From positions 16,262,871 through 16,326,870 of the forward strand of contig NC_092676.1 in assembly GCF_964355755.1 (NCBI RefSeq): DNA of 64,000 nucleotides, written 5' to 3'. The position numbers and the translations under genes are program-made. Positions 25,763 through 39,215 of the stretch are shown here, piece by piece. Source of the stretch: Antedon mediterranea. Taxonomy: Eukaryota > Animalia > Echinodermata. The notes beneath the pieces were generated by a model. It saw only the letters and a list, made by a program, of their open reading frames with translations, was not told the DNA's origin and did not search any database. Numbering within the stretch: position 1 is the first letter of the stretch; each line of letters begins with the position of its first letter.

Positions 25763-28700
25763 TTACGGCCATGTAATTTTCTTAGGTTTCTTCTTTGGAG
25801 AACTATCACCATCCAACTTCTAAAATATAATGAAATCAGATTTAGTGTTAATATTATTATATTTCCCCAAGACAAAATTCAATAATGCAAACTGAATAAC
25901 ATTAAATGAATGATAGTGATAATGATTATGATAATGATGGGGGTGACAATCTCTGGTTTCTCCTTTGAAGAACCATCACATTCCAACTTCTAAAATAGAA
26001 TGAAATTATACTCAGTGTTAGTATGGAATTTTTCACACCAGATTTTGTTTCCCCATACCATAATTCAATAACTGCATAATGAATAACAAATGAATGTATA
26101 ATATACCTGCCAAATCTTACACATGATTGTCCTCATTTTCACACAACACAATGTATCCACACATCATTCAATTTATTCACACATCATAGCACCAAAAACA
26201 TGCTGGCATTGAATGGCATTAAATAAATTTCTTTTAAATTTAATAATATTTCCAGTCTATTTTCATATTTGCTGTTGAATAGTTGACAACACTGTCAGTT
26301 TTCATTGTACATAATCAACCCTCAAAAACTGATCAGTTCTTTAATGTGTCAGGGTCATAGCCAGACAACTTTTTGAGGTATGTACTGTATACAGTAAAAA
26401 CAAAAATATGTATAAATGACACCATTACCGATACAGTACAGTAGTAAATCTCTGTCTACACTATCAAACTAGTTTGACAAAATAAGTGTGATATGCCCAA
26501 ATATGATATTGATATTCCCAAATATGGTAGTGATATGACATCATCATATCCATATATGGGCACATCACATTTTTTGTTGCATAAAGTTTGATAATGTAGA
26601 CAGAGCTTAAGGGCATTTACTTTTCAGTATTGAATAATGTATTATAGGAGGTGTGGGAGGATGTTTTGGACATGGCATGAAAAGAGTTGGCAGGTATACG
26701 TACTGTATGATAGCGGTGATTGTGGTAGTGATGAAAATAATTAATACTGTACAGTAGTACTGTACACTTTTATTCTTTCAATTTAATGTAGGCTGGACAG
26801 TACTGTAATGTATTGTACTGTACAAATGGCAATTTAAAATAGATACAGTTATTCTGAGAATCAGAAATTACCTGTTCTGTTTGTTGCGAAGGCCTTTTAA
26901 GATTTGTAATAGGACTAGTCGATGTTGGCAAGTTCATCGTGCGTTTCTTCGCAGGTGGCGATAATGACGACGTCGATGGTGGACTTTTTAACTTGATAAC
27001 CTTTCCATTTTGTTTTTTATTGCCTTGTTTCTCTTCGCTGGGGTTTTTTAACTTTGCAATACGATTTTTCTTATTGAGGACAATAGGGGGTGGTTTTAAC
27101 CTAAAACCAGGCTTTGATGCAACATTTGTTGACATAACGAGACCACCTGCTGTAGGAGATGAGCTGCAAAATAATAACAATTAATAAAAGTGTGATTATT
27201 AGAGGAATTTATTTCACCGTTTTTTGGGAATTATCATCAAAATATATACTGTTCTGTTTGAAACCAGTACCAGCATACATGACCAAGTATAATCCCATGT
27301 TCGAGTATAATCAAATTTAGGCTAAATTGGACACAAGACTTTGGTAAAATTCATTTTTAATGCAATCTGTGACAATCCAACACCTTATTTCCTAAAATTA
27401 CTGTACTGTACATTTCTGGCCACTTCGATTATTACCATGCCATTTATACGATATTAGTTCAGTAGATGGTACACTAATTTAAAGTAAATCAGTTATACAG
27501 TACTGCAGTTGTACTGTATGTATATTTATTCTTGAGTAAAATGCAAATATATTACTGTTCAGGTTACTTATTAATTGAACAAAGAAAGCGCTTCTGTTAA
27601 GTTTGTTTGAATTGAGCTTGACATTGACAAATATATTTTGTCTGCTTTTATATTGGCAGTTAAAAGGCATAAATTGTCTGTGTGTAGTTTTGTTGATTTA
27701 CAGTACAGTACTTTACTGTTTGTGAACAATGGAAGGGAAGGAAATTATTCCAATGGAACAGATACATTGAAGTATGTAATGTGTGTGTTTATTCTAGAAG
27801 ACTGAAATCATTTCCTGATAACACTACTCCAGTTACCTACCTAACAGGCCTCGATGAACCTTTAACTGTAAGCAAATTATGTTCCTCGATGGGCTTTGGT
27901 GCGAGTGATATTACTTGTTTCTGCCTACTTTTCAGCATTCTTCCAACACGGTTGTTGCGCATTTCACGTTGGGGCCGAGGCAAAACAGTTCGATGAAACA
28001 AATCTAACAAGGCTTCTTTAGTAACATTTTCATCATCAATAACAACCATGCGCTATAAGACAATGTATTAACAAATTATTTAGTAATGTCAATGAATTTT
28101 TCGTTACAGTTGACAGTACTCTTATACCCCTTTCACACCAAAACTCCGGGGCGTCAACTCCAGAGTGTCTCCGAAGTTTTGCTTTTGGTGTGAAAGGGGT
28201 ATTACAGTACTTTACACTTACACTCTAAATATTTTAATATGCATTTTTGGAAATAACAAAGATTCAACAACTAAGATGATGCGCATGCGCTATATGTTAC
28301 GTTACTCCAACACATTTTTCACGAAGCGAAGATGTGATGATGGAAGTTTCTGAGGACTAGAAATGATATTATAAAGAATGCCTAGTAGTACAATAGTCTG
28401 GTAAACATTTGATGGGATTTTTCCCAAGAAAATGAAAACTTGTCTTGATATGATAGGCTAGTTTCTTGGCAAACATTGCATGGATCAATTATTATGTAGA
28501 GAAAATAAGATTAATTCTCACCCACCCAGACCCTGCGTGATACTTTAGCTACTGTATGTGTTGGTGATATGTACCTAAATTATTGGCGTTTTATTTGGCA
28601 GATCATACGCACTGTATGAGGCCTATAGTAGACTTGATCTAATGGATTGTAATTAACAAAAAAACTTGGCCTATACAGTAATAATACCTGTCACAATATA

Positions 28701-29383
28701 TTTCTACAGTTCTTATTTCAGTCTCTCAGTTTCAGATTTCTATACATGTATCACAAGACTGTAGTTTCAGAAAAATATTGAAATTTCGACTGGTGGTGAC
28801 TAACATAAAAAAAAGACAATAAATACAGACTTGGGGTAAGTACAGTACGACCACACCATCATCAATGAAAAAATCATGAGCACGAGCAGCAGAGACAAAA
28901 CATTCCTTTTGCGAGCATGCATGAGACTATGTGACAACACACTTTATTTATTCGTGACGTTATTTTACTTTAGCTCCATCCATGTGAAGAAAAGTCATCA
29001 TTCCCAACTGTGTGTACTGTTTGTATGGGATGTAGGCTACGCTACTCGCATCAACACATGGAAAAAACTATGTCTAGGCCTAGATGTAAACATTTAAATT
29101 GTATTAACGTTTCTGCATCGGCAACGATTTCACGACTCAATCATTTTTTTTCGCGACCCAAACAATAGGTCGCGACCCATAGGTTGCCGAACGGCGCTGT
29201 AGAGACTAACAATAGCGCCTACACGCTAGTCTCGCTAGAGGCCTCTGCCTGTAAACTTATACCCATCTATTAATTAATACAAATAAATGATTTTACCTGT
29301 TTTAAAATAGAAATTAACGATTGCTTCGATAGATTTTCTGGATTTAATAAATTAGACAATTCCTCATTAATATTATCTTCCAT
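25763..29383 (-). CDS. C2orf49: Ashwin (tRNA-splicing ligase complex subunit), spliced
   Basis: Exons 29383-29297, 28052-27841, 27163-26872, 25819-25763. LLNPENLSKQSLISILKQR, LFHRTVLPRPQREMRNNRVGRML, RLKPPP and C-terminal KKKPKKITWP* match the Ashwin pattern (LLHPELLS, PLPQR..P.NRWG, ..TWP). Confidence 0.85.
26448..26607. mobile_element. Harbinger-like MITE, AGCTCTGTCTACACTATCA family
   Basis: CTCTGTCTACACTATCAAACT ... AGTTTGATAATGTAGACAGAGCT with TAA on both sides. Confidence 0.85.
28125..28201. mobile_element. 77-bp palindromic mini-MITE (Harbinger-like)
   Basis: TACCCCTTTCACACCAAAA ... TTTTGGTGTGAAAGGGGTA perfect 19-bp TIR with TTA on both sides; related ends at ~13495 and ~32701. Confidence 0.8.
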
Positions 29384-29587
29384 TATTATTCTTTTTACAG
29401 TGTGTCTCTCAAAATCTACAGTGCAATTGAGATCTGAGAATGATGAGCGTGAAGCATGATATGTATCGTGTTATTTACATCAGTAGACGTTTTACAGACG
29501 TCTACTATACATTTCAATTAATAAACAATTTGTCGTAATATCAGATTTGATTTTAACGGCTGGATTAATGTACTGCATTACGACAAC
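29384..29587. promoter_or_regulatory. Putative bidirectional promoter between Ashwin and CDC40
   Basis: Divergent start codons only 204 bp apart; contains a short inverted repeat AGTAGACGT..ACGTCTACT (~29482-29506). Confidence 0.7.
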
Positions 29588-32500
29588 ATGGCGGCGATCA
29601 CTGCTCTACAAGCTTACGGTTCTGAAGATGAAAGCAGTGGAAATGGAAGCGAAACAGAGGACAAACAGGAAGATTCAGTGGTACATCTGAAGCCTCTTGA
29701 AAAGGGTAACTCTGTAATGAAAATTCAAGATAGGATGATGCTCAATTCAGCGCCAGTTGTAGATTCAAAGGTACGCCTCTAGGTTAGGCGGCTAGGCTAG
29801 GCCAACTACTCTACGACTACGTGCGTGTACTGTACACGACACTGCAAACGTTCGGATAGCGAAGCAGTAAACGGCTAGCCTAGGCCTACAGTAGCTAGCT
29901 AGGCACACAGTGTATGAGGGCGGCTTAGCTACAGACATTCAGTTTTGGCCTATGATGTCTGTTTGTTGTTTTTGCAAATATAAAGAATTTATTAATATTA
30001 ATTTAAACAAATGTTAATTGTCTTTTTCGTTCTTGATTATATAAATAAAACTATAAACTCCAAAGAAGGATTGTTTCAACGTTTAAAATTAAATTGTATA
30101 TCTGCCAACAGTATATTATTGTTTAAATGCGTGTTTGATTTGTTTGTTATTCTGTTTGTTGTGATTGTCTATATGCTGTATTTATGCACTTGTCAATTGT
30201 ATGACTCACTATACGACCCCCGGGAGAGGTGCGTCATGGGTGCGTCATTTACAAATAATTACTGACGCAGGGGTGCGTAAAAAAACCTAGATGGTACGTC
30301 ACATCAATGAAAAAGGTGTGTCAATGTCCGTCACTTTATCACCCACCATATCATAAACAACATGGTCACAGTGCGTCAAAATGGGTGCGTCATGGTCACC
30401 TAAACGTAAGTCACCTTTTTGACGCACGGGTGCGTCATGGTATTCAAAAGTATGACGCACATCGGACAAATGACGCACCTCTCCTGGGGGTCGTATAGTG
30501 GGTCATACAATTGACAAGTGCATTAAGGACCCTATTGGAATTAAGTAGATTTTTCTTTCGACTTTATGGGCTATCTATCATTAGTCTCTTATTTAATGTA
30601 TTTGCTTGTAAATAGTTTGTATTCATATTCTCTTGTAATCTTATGTTGAAACCAAATCAAATCAAAATTAAACATCAAATCATGCCATCATCATCAACTG
30701 TAGTGTAATAGAATACCATAAAAACAAAATAAAAAGAATAGAAGCTCTAGAAAAGAAACCCATCGTGAAAAGAAGCCCATCCAAGAGTCCTATAAAAGTC
30801 CATATGGGCTTCTTTTCAAGGTTTTATTTACAGTATTTTTAAAAGGTATCCTTGAATGTAAATTAACAATTTTTATCAGCATAATTGTTCATCAATGAAT
30901 GGCTAATAGGATAAAAGCTCCATGGCATTGGCCTGTTGACCATAATAATTAAATATGAATACATTTATTATGCGCAAAATGTTATTTTTATGTTTTGTTT
31001 ATTCTGTGTGCTTTAATCATTTTTAATTCAATTTGCTTTTGATTTCAGGAAGAAGTAGGAGCTAGCATAGGCATACCTGTAGATTTTGCAAAGAAAGAAG
31101 TCAGTTTTAATCCAACTTATGAACAATTATTTGCACCAAAGGTAAAAGAATCTTCACCATGTTAAATTTTCATCCGTTGATTCGATAGACCACATTTCCA
31201 CAGCAATAAAGTTAGAAGATTAGAAATGAATTTATTATACATGATACATGCCTATTTTGGCCAGGAGACTCCCGTATTTTAGACTCGTCTCCCGGCCTAA
31301 CATTGTGCTTCCGGTTTTTCACATTTTCTCACGGATTACAAAGATAACAGAATTTTGATGTACTGTATATGTGTTGTTTTCTGCATACAGACACAAGAAA
31401 ATGTATTATATTTAAGCCATTGTATGACCCTCTGCAGTCTTAAACAGAAAGTACATTCCCCTCACATAGGCTTGTCAAGTTGCACGATGCACTTAACGCT
31501 CCCTGTCTCAGTAATAAACAGAGGGCACTGTTGATCTACACACAAAACACCAACTCCTGTTTAACTTAGCAGTATGTATACACAAACTGCATTTTTACCT
31601 AATTTGATCTCCCAAAAATTGATCCAAAATAAATTTACCCAAAAAAGTCAAAGTAGTTTAAATTAAATATATATTTGACTGGTTAAGTAGGTGATTCATT
31701 AATTTGTTAATTCCTGTAGGTTGGACCTGTACATCCATTCAAGACACAGCAAGCACTAGCACATAGGAATACCACTGCAGGATATGTTGAACCTACTCAT
31801 TTTAATGCTTTTACATTTGAAAACCAAAGAAAGACATTTCACAGTTATGGTAAGATTAGGCCTACTGTACTAAAAGTTTAATTTAATTACCATAATTTAA
31901 AACAGTTATCATTTTAATATTATTCTTTGTGAAAGAAGTACTATACCTGTTCTTACTATCAATAGAAGGATGTTTTGACCTAGATCCATTTTGGACCATT
32001 CAATCGTGTTTTGAAGTGCAAATAAATCTTAAGAGTTACCTTTTAGTTATAAAACATTTTGAAATAAATTGATTCTCTGTGTATTTCTTTTTTTACTGAT
32101 AATGTGACAAAGGTGATACTGTGAAAAATACTATATCTTAAACCCACTTAATTCACTCACTCAATTTTTATAGGTCATGCTTATAGTTTAAAAAAATACG
32201 TTGTAGAACTTGATAAATACCACAAATCATTTGTTTGGGCATAAAAATTGGATGTTTGACCAAAAAAATGAACATTTGGGGCAAAACATCCCAGGCAAAA
32301 TGTCCCTGATTCAACTGTCTCTATGTGTATTTTTTATTGTATAACAAACCATGGTTGTGCTACATCTATACTGTATCGCAGCTAGAGTAATCAGTATTCT
32401 AATAAGTAACAATAGCATTAAAAAAGCTTTATGTAAAATACAATAGCATCCGTTTCTATATTTTTATTTTTTATTTACTTAATTTTAGGATATGCTCTGG

Positions 32501-35500
32501 ATCCAAGCTCAGAAAGTGATGGCACGAAAATTGTAGGATTAGTTGAGGAAGCCAAAAAAAATGAAGGTGAGTTTTTATTTCTACAATAAAAAAAAAAGAT
32601 TTTAGAACTGAATTGAAACATTATAGGAAGCACACAAAAAAACAAACAGAAAATCACCGTCATACAGTGAGTGAGCTGTTGTTCAATCATTAAGACTAAT
32701 ATACCCTTTTCACTCCTCAAAAAGTAACAAGTTGGTAAACCAGTTTTGCGTAGTGTGAAGACAATTTTCAGAAAAGTCGTCCTCGATTTGTCAAGGGACC
32801 ACCGACAAGAGGCCTGTTATTTTTTTTCAAGATGTCCTGAGTTGTTACTGCGCACGTGTGCATGCCCTGGTATTAAACCAACCATCATCATATAGTAATC
32901 AAATAGCGTGCAACTAATCTTTCTCCCGCAATTTCTCACAATTTGTATTTATGCGTGTGTATGACAACATATAATAAATTATAGGATTTTTATTTGAATT
33001 GGAAAAATGAAACAACATACGATAGGACATACATTAGATTATTGTTATAATTGTTGGTACTTCTTTCTCCATAAATTCTTTCTAGAATCTAGATATCAAA
33101 TTGTTGAATCAGACAAGTTATTATTATTCATCTAGTAAACAAAATATGAAATAAATATTAAATTATTTGTTTTTTTATTCCATTTTTTAGGAAAAACAGT
33201 ATTTGAAACAACTGCTGTTCGTCCAGGAGACAAAAGGAAAAAAGTCAGAAAGAACGATCCAAGTGATATAGATGGATACTTAGGACCTTGGGGCAAGTAT
33301 GTGGATGAAAAGACTGTATCTGTACCAACTGAGGTAATATATTTATGTTATTTATTAAATGAGTGCACATTATTAATGATACTGTTTTAACTAGTTGTGA
33401 AGACTAGAAATTTTGTTTGCATCCAACTGTGAATACACAAAAATGTTGTATATAAATTTATATAAACAATAAGTATTACCATATTTATTGTTCGGGTGGG
33501 TTTTTAATGGGCGTTTATTGGAGGGAGCTGTTTATTTGAGGGAGGCGTTTATTTTTTTGGGTGTAATATGCGATTACTTGAGGGGGGAGTTTATGCCAAA
33601 TGATGATCTGTGGGGAGGAGTTTTATTTGATTGAGCTTATTCAAAGTGGAGTGTTTATTCAAATAAATATGGTATACAATAATAAAAATGGTTACATATT
33701 CACATATATAAACAATAAATAATGGAATAAAATTCACATTATAATATTAAAATTAAATATATAAATGGGATAACAATATTTCTGTGATGCAGGAAGAGAA
33801 AGAAGAATTAGATGAAATATTAGCAAAGAGAAGTAAGAAAGGAAAGAAACAGGAGGAGAAAGCAGGAGAAGAAAAATCTACACTACATAGTAAGTTGATC
33901 ATTTTGTGTTTTAAAAAAGTGGAACTAACAGGACTTTTTCGAACTTTCACCTATTTTTGATGCTTATGTTTTTTTTGTATCTTTAAACCATAACTAGTAT
34001 TAGAATACTTTTAAGGATTATTATTACATTTTTTGTCATTATCAGTTAAAGATGCATATGATTATCAAGATCGTTCATTCTTACACATACCAATGGACCT
34101 TGATGTTGATCTTAAATCAACTGATCCACCTGAGAAATGTTACCTGCCTAAGAAGCTCTTACACACCTGGACAGGACACACAAAAGGTGTTGCAGCCATT
34201 AAACTATTCCCACAATCAGGCCATCTGCTGTTATCATGTGGAATGGATAGTAAAATAAAGGTATGTATGACACGTTTTATGTACAGAAAATATTAAGTAT
34301 TTTATTATGAATAACCTACATAAGTTTTGTCATTACCATGGTTTTAAATAGCAGTCTGTTTCTGCTGCATAGCGCCGAATAAACTGGTTAAATTAAAAAT
34401 ATAATTTTATATCGACTGCATTTCTGATCAATTTGTGCCCCAAATAACCATTTATATCAGTAGGTAGTCTGTTGTGTTTTCATAGAACGCAACTGTGTCG
34501 ACATTTACTCCAGTTACTGAGCGCAAGTCACAGGCTCACAAAAAATGTTGACATAAACTTAGTTTCTCTCAGTTCCTTTTAGTTGCCCAGGTTTTATTTT
34601 TTTTGGAACTGGAAATACTGAACAATGTCACACGTGCAGAAGGGTAACCGCGACCAGTAGCGATCAGTTCGATGTTTCCATATATGCGTCAATGTATATT
34701 GCTTCCTATAAAAATATGAATCGCGTTGTGCGAATTTTATGGTAACCGTAAACATACCAGTTACAATCAGTTGTCGACATAAGCACTCGCTTACTGATTC
34801 CCTTGAGTTCTGTGTCAACCTACTGTAAGCGCACCTTAAAAGAGCGGAAACCATGACGGTCAGAGTTTTTAAACTAGGTGATATTTTGTTAAATAAAGCT
34901 CTGTCTACACTATCAAAAAAATGTGATGTGCCCATATGGTCACAATGACATCATATCACTACCATTTTGGGACATATCACACTTTTTGTTTGATAGTGTA
35001 GACAGGGCTTAAGGTTGAGTATTGTAATTTGTCACTGATTCAAAAGGAGAAGTTACATGTTTTACTTTGAACTAGGAGTAGATGCATCCACTCTGTTTTT
35101 CTATATCCTAATACCACTATAAAAATTCTTTTGCCAGTTGTGGGAGGTATACAACAAGCGGCGTGTTGTTCGGACATACATTGGCCATAAGCAAGCAGTG
35201 CGTGATGCATGCTTTAATAACAGTGGTGATAAGTTTATCAGTGCTGGATATGATAGGTATATGAAAATATGGGATACTGAAACAGGTAGGAAAAATATAA
35301 ATACTGTTTGTTTGAAATTTGTGTTATTGTTTTTATTTATTTTAATATGTTCATTTGAAAAGATAAAGATGAGGACATCTGTGAGAATGAGAAAGAGTAG
35401 CCCAACCGAGATCCGAACTCAGAACTTTTGCTTAAGATGCAGATGTCCTTACCATTAGACCACTGGGGCTTTCATTGTTTTGCTCATATTTGATTGGGTA

Positions 35501-37691
35501 GCGACTCTTCAACATCCTCTATAATAAGCATAAATCAGTGTTAATCTAGATTTAGAAAAAGATTGCTGTAAATGCTGATTTCTTTATAAAATAAAATGTA
35601 ATAAATCTTTCTAGGGGAATGCATTTCAAGGTTCACAAACAATAAAGTTCCTTATTGTGTCAAGTTCAACCCAGATGAGGACAAACAACATATATTTGTT
35701 GCAGGAATGGCAGATAAAAAAATAGTTCAGGTACGTTTTTATGGTGTTTTTTTTAATAACAGTGCCCTATATGGTTTAAGAATGTTGTTGCAAATGCCTT
35801 GGTATTGTTGTTTTGAATGTAGAGTTCCTTCTTTCTATGAATTTTTAAGAAATTTGATACATGGCTTGACTTTAAGTGTATTATTCTCAACATTAGTAGG
35901 CAATGTGACACAAGTCAAAGATGCCCTCCAGATGGGTTCTAAGATGAGAGTGCTTTATATTGTACTCAGTCACTCATACTACTTTTCATTTATACATTAT
36001 TATATTTTTTAATGAACCAGAGATTTCGAAAAATTAAAATATTGAATACTGTAGTCTAACATATTTTAAAAATATTTAAAGCACCCTATTTTTGTTTGGT
36101 CATGAAGTAAAAGTAAAATCTGATTTTTCGAAGTTGAGACATTATACTTACAAATATTGATTTTCACTTTTAATTTATCTTTTTTCCATCATCTATTACA
36201 GTGGGATACACGAGCCAATGAGATTGTACAGGAATATGATCGTCATCTTGGTGCTGTCAACACCATCACATTCATCGATCAGAATCGACGATTTGTGACA
36301 ACGTCCGATGACAAAAGCATTCGTCTTTGGGAATGGGATATTCCTGTGGATTTCAAGTACATCGCAGAACCAAACATGTACCCAATGCCAAGTGTCACGC
36401 TCAGCCCTAATGGTAAGCAAATATAATGATGAAGATTTCACTCTAAATAAGCTGGGACCCCTTCCAATTTAGATATTTATTGTTACCTGATGAACTGTAA
36501 CCCTTAATTGTGATTACTCGCAACAGAAAACATAAATCATTTTTGAATTGCAGTATAATTTTTTTTTTGGGACAACCCTGTTCTGGGTACACCCCTATTC
36601 AGAGGAACACCTTCCTGTGACATGAACAAGAGACAATGTATATTTTAACACTACAGCCAACCCCTATTCAATGGACACCCCTATTCAGGGACACCAATAA
36701 GAGGGACACCTTCCTGTGAAACCAATAAGAGACAATGTATATTTTAAACTATTAACTACAGCAAACCCCTATTCAGGGGAAACCTATTAAGACGTCACCC
36801 CTATTAAAGAGACAATTATTTTACTGTATACTGGTAAATATATATATTCTTATCTTATACATCTTCAGGAAAATGGTTAGGCTTCCAATCAATGGACAAT
36901 CAAATTTTAATATATGGAGCTCAGAATCGATTGCGTCTGAACCGTAAGAAGAATTTCAAAGGGCACATGGTAGCAGGATATGCTTGCCAGATGGGCTTCT
37001 CACCAGATATGAGGTAAAGTTCATTGATTGCTGTCTTGTGCAGGCCTCAACCCTGCCATGCATCTTTTGTCTGCTAGGTTTTTTAATTCTCTATGTATAT
37101 TGTGTTACTGCATACAAATGAAGTTTAGTACATTTGTTTAACTAATTTGAGTACACTTATGAAATATGTTTTCATGAAGTGGCACAATATTTAGCCTTAA
37201 TCACTTTGTAAATTTCCTGCAAAGAATGAAATCAAGTTAATCTGTGTCTGTATCTGATTACAATTAAACTCATTTTAATAGCTGGAAATCGTAGCTTTAC
37301 ATGCTTGCAGATAAAAAGTAAAATGTCTTCAAGCTAAAATAATGTCTAGTAAAGGTGGCTACTGTTTCCTACTAAATGCTGGTTTTAGCAAACATTATGC
37401 GGTTAGTATCAACTACAAACTGACAAAACAACAAAGATAGAGTTTGATAACTAAACATTTGAATGTCGTCATATTTGTTTAATACATCAGTAAAATAATG
37501 ATTGCTTTTTCAGTTATGTGGTTTCTGGAGATGCAGATGGAAAGCTTAACATCTGGGACTGGAAGACGACCAAACTGTTCAATAAATTCAAAGCACATGA
37601 TGGCGTCTCAATCGGCTGTATATGGCATCCTCACGAAACATCTAAAGTTATCACATGTGGATGGGATGGTCTTATTAAGCTCTGGGATTAA
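29588..37691 (+). CDS. CDC40: Pre-mRNA-processing factor 17 (WD40), spliced
   Basis: Exons 29588-29770, 31049-31141, 31720-31849, 32489-32566, 33191-33333, 33793-33889, 34046-34260, 35138-35285, 35615-35730, 36202-36412, 36869-37013, 37514-37691. Motifs [91 protein letters not shown]. Confidence 0.97.
30185..30522. mobile_element. MITE (PIF/Harbinger-like) with ~50-bp TIRs
   Basis: TGCACTTGTCAATTGTATGACTCACTATACGACCCC.GGGAGAGGTGCGTCAT and its inverse; TTA on both sides; internal GTGCGTCA repeats. Confidence 0.9.
33479..33672. mobile_element. Tc1/mariner-type MITE
   Basis: TA-CCATATTTATT ... AATAAATATGG-TA; internal GGCGTTTATT-like subterminal repeats. Confidence 0.7.
34897..35009. mobile_element. 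Harbinger-like MITE, AGCTCTGTCTACACTATCA family
   Basis: TAA-AGCTCTGTCTACACTATCAAA ... TTTGATAGTGTAGACAGGGCT-TAA. Confidence 0.88.
35360..35470 (-). mobile_element. SINE 5' head fragment (family of 18058)
   Basis: Reverse complement GTGGTCTAATGGTAAGGACATCTGCAT...GAGTTCGGATCTCGGTTGGGC...TTTCTCATTCTCACAGATGTCC with A/B boxes. Confidence 0.65.
36575..36830. repeat. CACCCCTATTCAGGGGACACC-type subterminal repeats of a Tc1/mariner-like MITE (duplicated at 39795-40050)
   Basis: Multiple ACCCCTATTCA..GGACACC units; ends ...TTTTACTGTA. Confidence 0.6.
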
Positions 37692-39215
37692 GACCAGATG
37701 AATATTGATATGACTCAAATGTTCATGATTGGTCAAACTTACATCCATACATTACATTCATTGGGAGATTATAATTAAGATCGATAGATTAATAAGAGAT
37801 TGATTTATACTCCAATTGGAAAGTCTTTAATTTATTTATTCAGTGTTTTCATCAGATTGGATTTCACTCATGAACATGAAGTACGAACGTGAAGAACAGG
37901 CTTAACTTATCACATGTTCACAACCCCTTTATTTTGAATGATCAGGTGGATTTTGAAGTTATGAGTACAGTATACTGTTGTACAAAATTTATCATGTGAT
38001 TGGATTGGATAATTATACCTGTTTTACTAGGTATTCAGTTATTATTCTTATGTACTGTGGGTACTCAATTACTGCCATTTTCAAAAATACATGCATGCCC
38101 CTAACAGACAATGTGTGTTGAAAAAGAAAACATACAAGTAGTATATGATTAATAAAAACACTACTTGCATTTCTTAAAATAAAGAAGACAAGTTCAGTGT
38201 TCAACTTGTATAGTTCTCGCAACATGATTGATATAAAGTAAATAATGTAATGTAGTGTACAGATATAATGCTGTTTTTGTATACATTTTAATGTAAATAA
38301 TCAATAAATGGGCAAATGCTTTTGATAAGATATAATAGTTTTGATTTTATTTGGTTATTATTAGTACTTTCTTTGATACTAATGCCAATACTGTAATAAC
38401 ATCTAAAATATGACTGCCACAAATCAGCCACTATTTTTCTTCAAATTAATATTGAGAAATGAATGCTTTTGATTCACTAATATTCCTAAAAGTAGATTAT
38501 AGGTATGGGTATCAGTAGTGGTGATACACAAAAAAAAAACTATTCAGTCGCCTTATAAAAAAATCCTTTGCAAAGAAAGGTCTAATGTCAATATTTCCCA
38601 ATCACAAAATTAGCCTATAAAACCAAATAAAAAGTCACATTTAACACAAAATGTAATGTTTTTTCGTTCTGTTAAGACACCAATTAATGCAATCAAGAGA
38701 GCACATTCATCATTTTCACCAGGTCAACATTTTAACAAGTGATATACTAAATAATGCAAAGTTATCGATGGTCATAAATGATTTGATTAGTAAAGTTATG
38801 GTATTTCTGATATTAAAAGTAAAAAGTGTAATTACATTTATAGAGAAAATTAATCAAATGGTTCGAAGTTGCTGGTAGGATTCAATTCCCATGACGCCCA
38901 GATGAGAGCGTATTGATACACCAAGATACGGGCATAACCCGGCATATCAATTAACTCATAAAATGACACCCACCATAACTACCCATCAATTATGGAACCT
39001 GAGACAACTCTGATGAGGGTGTATGTTTTGACATGAAGTTTGCTATAAATAAATAATAAAGTCATGTCAATTATTGTTTTACTTACAATGAACATTTATA
39101 TCTTTAGTATTAATAACAAGAGGCAACGTATAGAGAAATTTAATCAAATGTGTCTAAATGTATTCAATTACTGGTAGTCTGCAGATACGAGTGTCCTTCG
39201 ATCTTAAACTAGTAG

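Noticed and set aside
30846-30854. U12-type donor-like GTATCCTTG
   Set aside because: Lies mid-intron with no upstream exon or matching branch point identified; all reconstructed introns are GT-AG U2-like.
34594-34935. 113-aa minus-strand ORF repeated at 39515-39736
   Set aside because: Spans a MITE and a dispersed repeat within a CDC40 intron; the second copy results from the tandem duplication and is truncated.
36427-36490. Possible intronic C/D snoRNA (ATGATGA...CTGA)
   Set aside because: Only ~15 nt from the splice donor, no terminal stem and no convincing guide for metazoan rRNA; such boxes are expected by chance in AT-rich DNA.
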